A stretch of DNA of 64,000 bases from an uncultured Gammaproteobacteria bacterium (GTDB taxonomy: Bacteria; Patescibacteriota; Microgenomatia; Levybacterales; GWA1-39-11): positions 23,259 to 87,258 of the forward strand of contig CAZYWG010000006.1 of assembly GCA_964651815.1 (NCBI GenBank). The letters are read 5' to 3'. Every line of letters starts with the position of its first letter. Positions within the stretch are counted from its first letter, which is position 1. Below the pieces are notes generated by a model, which searched no databases, had not been told where the DNA came from, and saw only the letters and a list, made by a program, of their open reading frames with translations. The position numbers and the translations under genes are program-made. This document shows, piece by piece, positions 1 through 9,006 of the stretch.

Positions 1-2
1 AA

Positions 3-623
3 AAGGCAAGTGAACAAGAAAAAAAAGAAGTTGAAAAGCTGACAGGCGGTCATGGCAAGCTGGCAAAGCTTTCATATGAGGCAATTCTAGCCGATCCCGG
101 TGAAAAAGATATTGAAAAACTATTACTTTCAAAGCCACAAATAAAAGGGGCGCTTTTTGAGATCTGGAATTATTTGACTCCTGAAGAACAAAACGATTTA
201 AGGGAAGGGTCAGACAATGAATTTCTTTCAAAAATGCATTTACTTGAAAACGGAAAACTCACAATTCCGCTGTTTGCGTCATATATAAAACTTCTCCCGC
301 AAACTGAATCCACTAGTAAATTAAAATATGATGCTGAAAGAAATGAAATACTAAAGGGTTCAGAAACTTTGACTGACAGATTAACACCTTCCGAATTCAG
401 GCTCTTACGTCATCTCATGGTAAACCAAGACCGCGTCTCTGAAAAAGATGAAATTATACAAGCGGTTTGGAGTGATTCAAAAACGCGCGAAGGCGTGACA
501 GATCAAGCACTTGACCAGATTATTTACAGGCTAAGGAAGAAAATTGAAGATGACCCAAATAACCCACACTTTATTCAAACAATAAAAGGGCGCGGGTATA
601 AATTTAACGGTCAGTCTTCTTGA
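3..623 (+). CDS. C-terminal part of a probable AAA/STAND-type ATPase with an OmpR/PhoB-type winged-helix DNA-binding domain (5' truncated by window)
   Basis: Frame is open from position 3 (KASEQEKKEVEKLTGGHGKL...); LTGGH is typical of STAND/AAA helical regions; C-terminus LTPSEFRLL...IYRLRKKIEDDPNNPHFIQTIKGRGY is a Trans_reg_C wHTH. Confidence 0.75.
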   Translation, partial: KASEQEKKEVEKLTGGHGKLAKLSYEAILADPGEKDIEKLLLSKPQIKGALFEIWNYLTPEEQNDLREGSDNEFLSKMHLLENGKLTIPLFASYIKLLPQTESTSKLKYDAERNEILKGSETLTDRLTPSEFRLLRHLMVNQDRVSEKDEIIQAVWSDSKTREGVTDQALDQIIYRLRKKIEDDPNNPHFIQTIKGRGYKFNGQSS

Positions 624-657
624 CTTGCCTTCCCCCTTATGACTATCATTAAATAAG

Positions 658-2100
658 GTGAGATTTGTAAAAAAGGCTGTTAACTTATTTTTTGTTTGCT
701 TGATTTTCTTTATCCTCCTCGGATTTTTCACAAAACAGACTACGGCGGCTGATCCATGCGCTGATCCAAATATTCCATGCGCAGGCACCCAAACTTCTAA
801 TAATTCTGCTCCGGACACATCAAGCGATACGTTTGGTCAGTCTGATGTTACGCCGGATTTTACAACTAATCCTGACGGGAAAAATATATCAGATGGAACT
901 CAACAAGTAAAAGTCACATTCAATAATCTTACAGGGAAAGAAAATGCTATATGCACAGGTAATAACTCATGTTTTGTAGGACTAGGTTCTAGAGATAACT
1001 CCGGAACCGTTGGTTTTCCTACGCTTTTTTTTAATGATGATGAACTAATTACAGATTTTCAAGGCATCAAGGTTCAGGACCTCGGCATCACTCTACCAAT
1101 TTGCGGAAATGATAATGAGGTCCAAATTTGTAAAGATCCCGGTAATCATTATTTTATAGGTGGCCAAATGTATACTTTTAGCATTGGGATTAAAAAAGAC
1201 AATTTATATTACCCCCAAAAATTTGCATTCTTTTATGTTCCGCGCTCTTTCCCCACACCGCATATTGACCCTACTGACGATTTGACGGTAAAAAGTACAA
1301 TTAAAGTAACACTTGACCCTCCAAAAGATGATCATGGTAATAGCGCAATAAGAGGCGGTGGTGGGACAGGCGTTTGGCTCCGTAATAATTACAAAATAAG
1401 CATGATTGGGGGAGGAGCAATTAGCAAAGGTGGATGCGTTGGATGGTTTAACAAAGGTGACACCAACACAATCGGCGTAACATTTAGCAATCTGACTAGG
1501 GGTAGATATACACTTTCTATAAGTGAACAAACAAGCGATTCAGACAGTAATCCTTGGAAGAAAAAAGACAAAGACAGTAGTATAGTACAAGCACAGGACG
1601 ATCCCAACAATCACGATTGTGAAGGTGGCTTTCCTTATTGGCGTGCAGTATGTGAAGTAACGCCAGACCATCCGGGCGGCAAATGCAGTAAGCCGGTGAG
1701 AGACCCAAGCGGACAAGAATATAAAGATTTTCTAAATGACCTTGACGCACTCAACAGTATTGCACCCGGAATGAAATACCCTTGTGGAGGTGGTAAAAAC
1801 ACCGTAAACAACTCATGTCCGTCAGTTGATACTGCAATTGGGACAATTCAAGTAACACCTCAGGGGTTTATCACTGACATTTTCACATTTGTCTTAACAA
1901 TTGCAGGATTTGGTTCAATGATAATCATAATTTACGCTGGTTACACATTTATGGTATCACGAGGTGATAAAGAAAAAATTGCAGGAGCGCGCGAGACTCT
2001 TACGTCTGCAATTGTTGGATTGTTGTTTATAATATTATCAATTGTTATACTTGAAATTATTGGGGTAGATATTTTGAGAATCCCCGGAATCGGACGATAA
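658..2100 (+). CDS. Secreted Cys-rich protein with C-terminal VirB2/TrbC-like (CPR) pilin domain
   Basis: N-terminal hydrophobic signal; 12 Cys in the mature region; C-terminal AGYTFMVSRGDKEKIAGARETLTSAIVGL pilin signature; GTG start after TTGACT-N18-TATCAT. Confidence 0.8.
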   Translation: MRFVKKAVNLFFVCLIFFILLGFFTKQTTAADPCADPNIPCAGTQTSNNSAPDTSSDTFGQSDVTPDFTTNPDGKNISDGTQQVKVTFNNLTGKENAICTGNNSCFVGLGSRDNSGTVGFPTLFFNDDELITDFQGIKVQDLGITLPICGNDNEVQICKDPGNHYFIGGQMYTFSIGIKKDNLYYPQKFAFFYVPRSFPTPHIDPTDDLTVKSTIKVTLDPPKDDHGNSAIRGGGGTGVWLRNNYKISMIGGGAISKGGCVGWFNKGDTNTIGVTFSNLTRGRYTLSISEQTSDSDSNPWKKKDKDSSIVQAQDDPNNHDCEGGFPYWRAVCEVTPDHPGGKCSKPVRDPSGQEYKDFLNDLDALNSIAPGMKYPCGGGKNTVNNSCPSVDTAIGTIQVTPQGFITDIFTFVLTIAGFGSMIIIIYAGYTFMVSRGDKEKIAGARETLTSAIVGLLFIILSIVILEIIGVDILRIPGIGR

Positions 2101-2101
2101 A

Positions 2102-2428
2102 ATGAAATTATTAGCGCTTACTGTCAACAACATGAAAGGCACGCCTGAACAAATTGTTCCTCCTACAGGCATTCCAACCGGTATCTCATTAGGATCACTT
2201 GCGACAGGATTTATTGATGTTGTTATGGTCATAGGCGTTCTACTCTCTCTTGCCTATCTTGTCTATGGAGGAGTTTTCTGGATTCAATCTAAAGGTAATA
2301 AAGAAACGCTTGATAAAGCAAGAAGGATAATTCTTTACGCAATTATTGGGCTTATTGTCATGTCTGTTGCGCTTGTTGCAGTAAACCTTGTGACATCAGC
2401 AATTGGCGTAACAACTCTAATTCACTAA
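2102..2428 (+). CDS. VirB2/TrbC-like pilin
   Basis: Two hydrophobic helices flanking GGVFWIQSKGNKETLDKARRIILYAIIGL. Confidence 0.85.
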   Translation: MKLLALTVNNMKGTPEQIVPPTGIPTGISLGSLATGFIDVVMVIGVLLSLAYLVYGGVFWIQSKGNKETLDKARRIILYAIIGLIVMSVALVAVNLVTSAIGVTTLIH

Positions 2429-2437
2429 ATTTCAAAA

Positions 2438-3916
2438 TTATTTTTTGTAAATTACCGCAGTTTTATCTTCAAAGATCTTCGCCCAATGGTCATATTCTAG
2501 TCGGCTTATAAATCTCGCTTTATAGTGGTTTGAATTTTGCAATAAAGATATATCAACTCCAAATACATCAATGCTAAGTGGTTTTGAATTTTTGTTTTGC
2601 CACAAAACATAATGGACATTATATTTTTTAAAAAATTTTTCGTAGCTGGCCGCGCCGCTTACTATACTCGCATAATCTTTGAATGCTGAATCGCTTTCTG
2701 AAGCGCTCGCGCGCCACTGCCAGGAAGGCATCCTTCCATCAATAAATACACGTTTTTCAGGGAGCTTCCACAATAAATATCCTCCCCAATTATAAACTGA
2801 AAAAATTTCTCCATTTATATTTTGCTTTTTTAAAAATGAAACAGCACTTTTTGGATAATATTTTTTTTCGGAAAGATCTGAATGTAAACCAATAGAATAT
2901 GTTTTACTCAAAAAAACGGCAAGTGCGTATAGCACAAAGATTAAAACGGCTTTTGAAAAACGCGCGAGCATGGCTTCATTTTTTTTAACTTCTTCCCGGA
3001 AAAATTCAAAAAAAGGCGGAACAATTATTAGTGTCGCAACTATAAAATACGGTAAGTGCCTAACGCTTGATATAACAAGTAAAAGAAGTGCCAGATAAAT
3101 AACGAGTGCTTGAAGCTTCAACTTTTTCCTATATCTAAAAATTAGAACAAAAGACAAGGCTAAAAGTATAAAAAAGGAAAGGTCAAAAAAGAAAACCCCC
3201 GGGAGCCATTCAATTATTTCCCACCTTAATGCTGAATCTGTAATTGATGAAAGTACTTCTCCCCAGAGTCGCGCGCCGTATGGATTTATAAATGTGGCAA
3301 GAATTGATCCCCCCAAAACTAAAAAATCATATCGGTCTACTCTTTTTTGGATAATTCTCAAAACAATAAATATTGATAGTAGATAGATTGCTACCGCAAA
3401 ACTTCCATGAAGATTGGCCCAAATTAAAATTAATACTGGAATTGTAATTTTCCATTTCTTCCACAGTTTTTCATTCAACAAAACTGTAAGCAAGACAGCG
3501 GCCAAAAACCAGGAAATAACCTGTATTCTTAATCCTGAAAATGAAAGAAGAATTGATGCAGCCAGAAGAAAAAATGAGGCATAATACACTTTAAATTGTT
3601 TTTTAAGTGAAAATGCAATTGCACCTATTGGGAAAGCCGCAAAGAAGAAAGAAAGAAGAAGCGGATGTATTTTGTAAAGAAAGTATATTACTACATCCGC
3701 AAGCCACTCATGATCTATGGCCGGAAAAGAAAGCATAGTATAGGAAAAAGTGTCTTTATATTGAAAACCGTGTTTTAAAGTGAGTTCTCCGAGTTTTAAG
3801 TGCCATCCAAAATCAGGATCTAGTGCAATTGTGTTGTGGATAAAAAAAACTATAAAAGAAGCAAAAACTAAACCCAAAAAAATTACTAAAGCTATCCTCC
3901 TACTATTCAAATTCAT
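2438..3916 (-). CDS. Polytopic membrane protein, putative GT-C-fold glycosyltransferase
   Basis: About 10-12 TM segments; DPDFGWHLKLG in first loop, WANLHG and C-terminal YNWGGYL...VFIDGR motifs. Confidence 0.55.
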   Translation of the reverse strand: MNLNSRRIALVIFLGLVFASFIVFFIHNTIALDPDFGWHLKLGELTLKHGFQYKDTFSYTMLSFPAIDHEWLADVVIYFLYKIHPLLLSFFFAAFPIGAIAFSLKKQFKVYYASFFLLAASILLSFSGLRIQVISWFLAAVLLTVLLNEKLWKKWKITIPVLILIWANLHGSFAVAIYLLSIFIVLRIIQKRVDRYDFLVLGGSILATFINPYGARLWGEVLSSITDSALRWEIIEWLPGVFFFDLSFFILLALSFVLIFRYRKKLKLQALVIYLALLLLVISSVRHLPYFIVATLIIVPPFFEFFREEVKKNEAMLARFSKAVLIFVLYALAVFLSKTYSIGLHSDLSEKKYYPKSAVSFLKKQNINGEIFSVYNWGGYLLWKLPEKRVFIDGRMPSWQWRASASESDSAFKDYASIVSGAASYEKFFKKYNVHYVLWQNKNSKPLSIDVFGVDISLLQNSNHYKARFISRLEYDHWAKIFEDKTAVIYKK

Positions 3917-3981
3917 ATGAGCTTTATTCTACAAAAATTGTTTATGCTTTGTCTTGGTGTATTTTGCAAACTCGGAAGCAC

Positions 3982-4010
3982 TTGACAAACTATTTCAAAC
4001 GTGCTGTAAT
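3982..4010 (+). promoter_or_regulatory. Sigma70-type promoter of pilin gene
   Basis: TTGACA(3982-3987)-N17-TGTAAT(4005-4010) with TG extension, 7 nt before GTG at 4018. Confidence 0.7.
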
Positions 4011-4017
4011 TAAAAAT

Positions 4018-4431
4018 GTGAAAAGAATTTCAAAGTATTTAGTTCTCCTTCTCCCCCTCTTGGGTTTTATAAATGTTCCTATAGTATCAGCTAATGTTTT
4101 GTTCTCAGGTGTTAATACTGGAAGAATAAGCAATAGAATTATAAGTCCAGATCAAAGCATTGGGTCAATCGTTTCATTCGCTGTTGCATTTATTGTAGTC
4201 CTCTCGTTTCTTCTTGCACTTATTTTTATTGTTATCGGAGCAGTCCAATGGATAACATCAGGTGGTGACAAACAAAAAGTGGCGGACGCACGAAACCATA
4301 TAATTTCTGCAATTATTGGACTTATAATTGTCGCGCTCTCTTTTGTCATTGTTAACATTGTTATAACGGCGCTTGGCCTTGGATCTCTCACAAACCTCAC
4401 TATCCCAACTCTTTCGGAATTTGGCCAATAA
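4018..4431 (+). CDS. VirB2/TrbC-like pilin with signal peptide
   Basis: GAVQWITSGGDKQKVADARNHIISAIIGL signature; start moved to GTG 4018 from promoter position. Confidence 0.85.
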   Translation: MKRISKYLVLLLPLLGFINVPIVSANVLFSGVNTGRISNRIISPDQSIGSIVSFAVAFIVVLSFLLALIFIVIGAVQWITSGGDKQKVADARNHIISAIIGLIIVALSFVIVNIVITALGLGSLTNLTIPTLSEFGQ

Positions 4432-4474
4432 ATCTTCCTTGCTTTTGTATCTTTCTTCTTTGTAAAATAGATTT

Positions 4475-4798
4475 ATGAATGATTTTATTCCAACCTCTGA
4501 TTGGTCAAGCTGTTTGAGCAATGGGGACGTTGCCACTCTATCTTGTATTCCTATAGTTCTTCAAAATATTATTAATTTTCTTGTTCTTTTTGCAGGTATT
4601 GCGTGTGTTTTTATAATAATTTTTGCAGGTTTTAAATTCGTAACGTCAGAAGGAGACCCTGAAAAAGTTGCACTTGCAAGAAAAACCGCGATGTATGGAA
4701 TTGGAGGATTTTTATTGGTACTTGCGTCTTTTGTTCTTGTAACAATGATTTCTAAGTTTACGGGAGTCACCCAAATCGCACCAAAAAACATCCCTTAA
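4475..4798 (+). CDS. VirB2/TrbC-like pilin
   Basis: AGFKFVTSEGDPEKVALARKTAMYGIGG; N-terminal Cys pair (SSCL...ATLSCIP). Confidence 0.85.
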   Translation: MNDFIPTSDWSSCLSNGDVATLSCIPIVLQNIINFLVLFAGIACVFIIIFAGFKFVTSEGDPEKVALARKTAMYGIGGFLLVLASFVLVTMISKFTGVTQIAPKNIP

Positions 4799-5499
4799 TT
4801 TATCCTCCTGAGTAAAAACTTGGCTATTATAAAAATTACAGTATTCACGGCAACTGGAATTAAAAAAAGCAAAACTACTAGTTTTAATGCTCCAAGAATT
4901 CGATGATCAAAAATAACATGCGATATAGGAGTAATTAAGTCAACTTTTAGAAATTGCGCCATGAGTATTGCAATAAATGCTAAAAACGCAACTAACAAAA
5001 CTAAAAAGACGCTCCCCTCCATATCTTTTTTACTTGAAAACATTGTGTTGGTGATAAAAAAAACAATATAGATAACGCCGCCTGTTTTTAAAACATCAAA
5101 AAATGATGAAAAAATAATATCCGGGTGCAAAAAATTAAGGTAATAAAACAAAACACTAAAAATTATAATCATTCCTACCACGACAGGAGCCGCTCCAATT
5201 AAAAAACTCCTCACTATATCTGTTTTCCTTATCTCAACGCTCCCCATCCGAAAGTTGCCATGCTCTATTTTTGGTGAGATCTCCAAACCATAGGTTTTGA
5301 CAAATAAAGCTTCCGCAACAAGCATATGTGCAAGCTCATGAAGTACTACTCCGGGAAGGAATAAAATAAAAATGGGGATTGCTGCTCTATCACTCTTTTT
5401 GAAAAGTCTATATGAGAAAATAAAAAGCGCAGAAAAAATAAATTTTGAAGTTAAAAAAAGTATTAAGAACTCTGCCGCAAAAAGCGCCCAAAATATCAT
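4795..5499 (-). CDS. Membrane zinc metalloprotease, M50B-like
   Basis: PGVVLHELAH (HEXXH) next to a TM helix, GAAP motif, several TM segments. Confidence 0.7.
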   Translation of the reverse strand: MIFWALFAAEFLILFLTSKFIFSALFIFSYRLFKKSDRAAIPIFILFLPGVVLHELAHMLVAEALFVKTYGLEISPKIEHGNFRMGSVEIRKTDIVRSFLIGAAPVVVGMIIIFSVLFYYLNFLHPDIIFSSFFDVLKTGGVIYIVFFITNTMFSSKKDMEGSVFLVLLVAFLAFIAILMAQFLKVDLITPISHVIFDHRILGALKLVVLLFLIPVAVNTVIFIIAKFLLRRIN

Positions 5500-5847
5500 T
5501 TAGTTATCAGCCTTAATTATCTCAGCAAGCTTATCCCGGGTAATATCTAGATCCATTGCTTGAATCTCCTCGGCTGTTACATGATCCATTTCAGACATAG
5601 TTAAATCTCTAATTCTATTGTAAAAATTTTTATCCAGTTTTTCGCGATTTTCCATTGCTTCTTCAAAAGCGATAGCCATATTTTTTTCAAGTTTAATTCC
5701 AAATATTATTTTGTATGCTGCCCAAAGCATTCTCCCTATGTTAAATTTACTGTCCTCGCTGAGATTGTCGTATGAATCGATCAAATCTTTTTTAAATTCT
5801 TCATCAAGTGGCAAAATCTTAACTATGTCTTTTGTTGTTCTTATCAT
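5500..5847 (-). CDS. Hypothetical charged helical protein
   Basis: 115-aa ORF tightly packed between co-oriented neighbours. Confidence 0.7.
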   Translation of the reverse strand: MIRTTKDIVKILPLDEEFKKDLIDSYDNLSEDSKFNIGRMLWAAYKIIFGIKLEKNMAIAFEEAMENREKLDKNFYNRIRDLTMSEMDHVTAEEIQAMDLDITRDKLAEIIKADN

Positions 5848-5854
5848 ATATTTA

Positions 5855-8800
5855 TTATAGCGCTTCTCCTTCGTCTTTAAATCTATCTATAACTGCTAAT
5901 AAAGCATTTTCCATTTCAGTTACCTTTACATCTCCTGTATCCATTTGATCTTTGAGAATATCTAAAAATGTTTCAAAATTCGGTGTTATGAGTGGGCTAA
6001 AGGGTGTTCCGAATAAAGGTTCATTCATGATCTCCATAAGCCTATCTGGCGTAATAATGGAGCTTACTTTTTTGAAATATTCTTCTCGATCATTTCTATC
6101 CTTATATTTAAGCATTACATCAAGAAATTCATAGTATCCTCTCGGAGGTTTTTCCGGCGGATCCCTAAAGGTAACATCGCGTTCCGAAGGAGTGTAAGTT
6201 GTATAATCCGGATCCGTAGGATTAATTTTTGTATTTTTTGTAAATTCGTCCTTTTTTTCAAAAATCTCGTATCTTCTATCCATTATTCTGTCGAAGTTCT
6301 TTAAAAGATCGCTAGTTACTTCGATTTGCTTTATCTCACCACTCAAATCTACCTTGCCAATTTCATCCTCTTGTATCTTTATCTTACCGTCAAATTCTTT
6401 TTCTAATCTCTCTCCGGCTTGCGCCCTTGAATCAAACTTGATCATTGCAAACTTTACCGCATCATTAATTTCAGAATCTGAAGGAACGGGAGGCGGTGGA
6501 GTCCCAAGCACTGGCGCGCGCTTATCAAGCATTGCCTTAATCTCCGCAAAAGACATAGTTCTAAGCTCTTCGTCAGTTAAAGCCCAAGTTGGCTCATCGG
6601 TTAATTTTTTGAAATTACTTTCTAGATCTGCTTTTCTTGGAGTAGAACTTTCAATCCTCCGCCCTCTTGCCTCAATCATGGCATTAATTACCTTGTTGCG
6701 GATATCATCTTTATCGTTCTGTTCTTTTTTCCAACCCGCCGGAAGAACATTAACTAGATCCATTATTTGATCTATATCATTTGTTCTAAGCTGTGCGTCT
6801 GATAATCCAATTGCCCGTAGTTCTCTGTATGCCTTGGTGTAGCCTTCGGTGGTTGTCTTTATTTCTGTGAATCTTGAACCTTCCTCTTTGAGGTTGACTC
6901 TTTGCTCATCAATTTTATCAAGTACCTCTTGAAGTCTGTTTTTCTCTGTTAAGACTTTGTTTACATCTTCCTGAATTTTAGCAGCTTTTCGGGCGACCTC
7001 GCTGTCAATATTTTCTCTTGCTAATCGAAGTCTTTCACTAAAATGTTCCGCTTCTTCATCAGTTCGCTTTATAACACGACCTGCGATTTCCTCGTACTGT
7101 TCTTCTTGCCATGTTTCTAACTCTAAGTTTCGTTGTTTAGTAGATTTGATTCTATCCCCATTTATAATTACCTCTGTGCCAATTCCATTTATTACGTCGT
7201 CTAATCCTGACATTGCCCCTTCAATACTCGTAAACCGACCGGCAAAATTTCTTACGACCTCTTTTGTAGCTCTGGTACGTATTTCCTCTATCGCTTTTCT
7301 CCCCTTATTGTATTCTTCGATTGTTGTCTTCCCAGCATCTATAGACCCTCTATCTCTTTTATATAGATCTCTATTTGTTTCAAAGTCTTTAACTCTTGCT
7401 TTATAAACAGTCGCTTCTTCTCCCTTACTCTTATCTCTTGCTTTTATTTTCTCTTCCCATCTTGATGCTCCCGGCAAAGATGTTTTCTTCTGCTCAATAA
7501 TATACTTTTTAAGCTGGTCCATTGCCACGTCTAATCTCGCTTTTTCAAATCTCTCTCTGTTGCCATGGTAATCAAGCGTTGCTAGACCTGTTAGAAAAGC
7601 GGGATTGTTAATCCATGAATTGGTGGCATCATCAAACACTTTACGCGTCCGCCCTAATGTGTCTCGTATTCCGTCTTCGTCTGCATTAAATTTTTCGGCT
7701 ATTTCTTCCATGTATCTAACTGCTGTTTTTTCCGGATAGCCTTTCCTCCCATCAGAATTGTAAAGAAATCCGATTGCAAGAGCATCTGCTCCGGCCCTAT
7801 CCGCGTGAATATCCTTCATGAATTCCATCCTTGCCTTAATTCTTGCGTCAATATCGTGTCTAAGTTGTTTTTGATTAGCTTCACTCGCACCGGGCGAAGG
7901 ATTAAGAACGTTAATTCCCGACATTAGTCTTACGTATTTAATGCGATCTGGGCTTGATTTAATATATTCAAGTGCTTTTTTTGATTCATGTGAATCAGGT
8001 TTTTTATAATCTCTTGAAACACCTTTTCCAACTGCAAGTGCAATTGCCTCAGCTGCTGTCGGAGCAAAACCTAACGTCGCGGCAGCTAAAGCAGGCGCCA
8101 TACCAAGAGTTGCAACTCCTAATCCTCCTGCTAACGCTGCTCCTGCTCCGACAAGTAGTACTCCTGTCTGAAGTCTATTTTGGTCATTAAATCTTGATAG
8201 ATATGGATAAGGTATGCTTAATGGACCAATTTTCTTTGAACCTATTGCCGGAACAATAGGAACATTGGGCAATCTGATTGATCCTAATATTGCTACCTCA
8301 CCTTTTCTACCATCATAAGAAGCAGTAGGTTCAGAAAGAAATTCCTGGGCTTTTCTAGCTGGATATCCAAGAGGTCCTTCTCTCATTCCAAGTGGCGTTT
8401 GATCTCTCGGCTCTGTGCCGATATCTTCAGTTGGCCCAGGATTAGTTTCCGGTATTAACCCTAGTGCAGACGAATCAACTTCCGTCTGACGCCCCATCAT
8501 AATGTCAGTAATCACGTAACCCCTAGGACTGTTTAGAAACTCGTCAACACTTTTCTCAAGGTCATTTATATCTGCGTCCTCAAATTCAACCTTAAGGGCA
8601 CCAGTATCTGTTTTTCCGGCAAGTATCCCGTAAACTTCACGGTCTAAATCATCCATTAATTCAGGGGCGTCTTTTTTTACTTTTGACAAGCGGTCCTTAA
8701 TGTGGTCTGTCATGAAGCGTCTATATTTATCCCGAGTGTCCCGGCTGAGATCCGTCCAAGGGTTCCGTTCTTTTCTTTGCCCACCACTTCTATCTCTCAT

Positions 8801-8956
8801 CTCTTCCCCAGTTCCTCGCTCACTTACAAAAGAAGATATACGAAATTGAGTATCGTCTCGATTGAGCTCTCGTTTTGAAAGCTTGGTATTTTTATTGGAA
8901 GTTTTTGATTCACCTTCACCTGCTGTCTTTTCTAACGCGGCATCCGATACAGACAT
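5855..8956 (-). CDS. Large coiled-coil hypothetical protein with Gly/Ala-rich hydrophobic hairpin
   Basis: 1033 aa; long E/K/R-rich stretches; GVLLVGAGAALAGGLGVATLGMAPALAAATLGFAP segment; no signal peptide. Confidence 0.85.
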   Translation of the reverse strand: MSVSDAALEKTAGEGESKTSNKNTKLSKRELNRDDTQFRISSFVSERGTGEEMRDRSGGQRKERNPWTDLSRDTRDKYRRFMTDHIKDRLSKVKKDAPELMDDLDREVYGILAGKTDTGALKVEFEDADINDLEKSVDEFLNSPRGYVITDIMMGRQTEVDSSALGLIPETNPGPTEDIGTEPRDQTPLGMREGPLGYPARKAQEFLSEPTASYDGRKGEVAILGSIRLPNVPIVPAIGSKKIGPLSIPYPYLSRFNDQNRLQTGVLLVGAGAALAGGLGVATLGMAPALAAATLGFAPTAAEAIALAVGKGVSRDYKKPDSHESKKALEYIKSSPDRIKYVRLMSGINVLNPSPGASEANQKQLRHDIDARIKARMEFMKDIHADRAGADALAIGFLYNSDGRKGYPEKTAVRYMEEIAEKFNADEDGIRDTLGRTRKVFDDATNSWINNPAFLTGLATLDYHGNRERFEKARLDVAMDQLKKYIIEQKKTSLPGASRWEEKIKARDKSKGEEATVYKARVKDFETNRDLYKRDRGSIDAGKTTIEEYNKGRKAIEEIRTRATKEVVRNFAGRFTSIEGAMSGLDDVINGIGTEVIINGDRIKSTKQRNLELETWQEEQYEEIAGRVIKRTDEEAEHFSERLRLARENIDSEVARKAAKIQEDVNKVLTEKNRLQEVLDKIDEQRVNLKEEGSRFTEIKTTTEGYTKAYRELRAIGLSDAQLRTNDIDQIMDLVNVLPAGWKKEQNDKDDIRNKVINAMIEARGRRIESSTPRKADLESNFKKLTDEPTWALTDEELRTMSFAEIKAMLDKRAPVLGTPPPPVPSDSEINDAVKFAMIKFDSRAQAGERLEKEFDGKIKIQEDEIGKVDLSGEIKQIEVTSDLLKNFDRIMDRRYEIFEKKDEFTKNTKINPTDPDYTTYTPSERDVTFRDPPEKPPRGYYEFLDVMLKYKDRNDREEYFKKVSSIITPDRLMEIMNEPLFGTPFSPLITPNFETFLDILKDQMDTGDVKVTEMENALLAVIDRFKDEGEAL

Positions 8957-8963
8957 ATACTTA

Positions 8964-9000
8964 ATTATTACTTGAAAGCGCTTGCTATTTCAACTATGAT
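8964..9000. promoter_or_regulatory. Overlapping divergent promoters
   Basis: + strand TTGAAA(8972-77)-N17-TATGAT(8995-9000)-N6-ATG; - strand TTGAAA(8993-88) with TAATAAT(8970-64) before ATG 8956. Confidence 0.55.
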
Positions 9001-9006
9001 AAAGAT

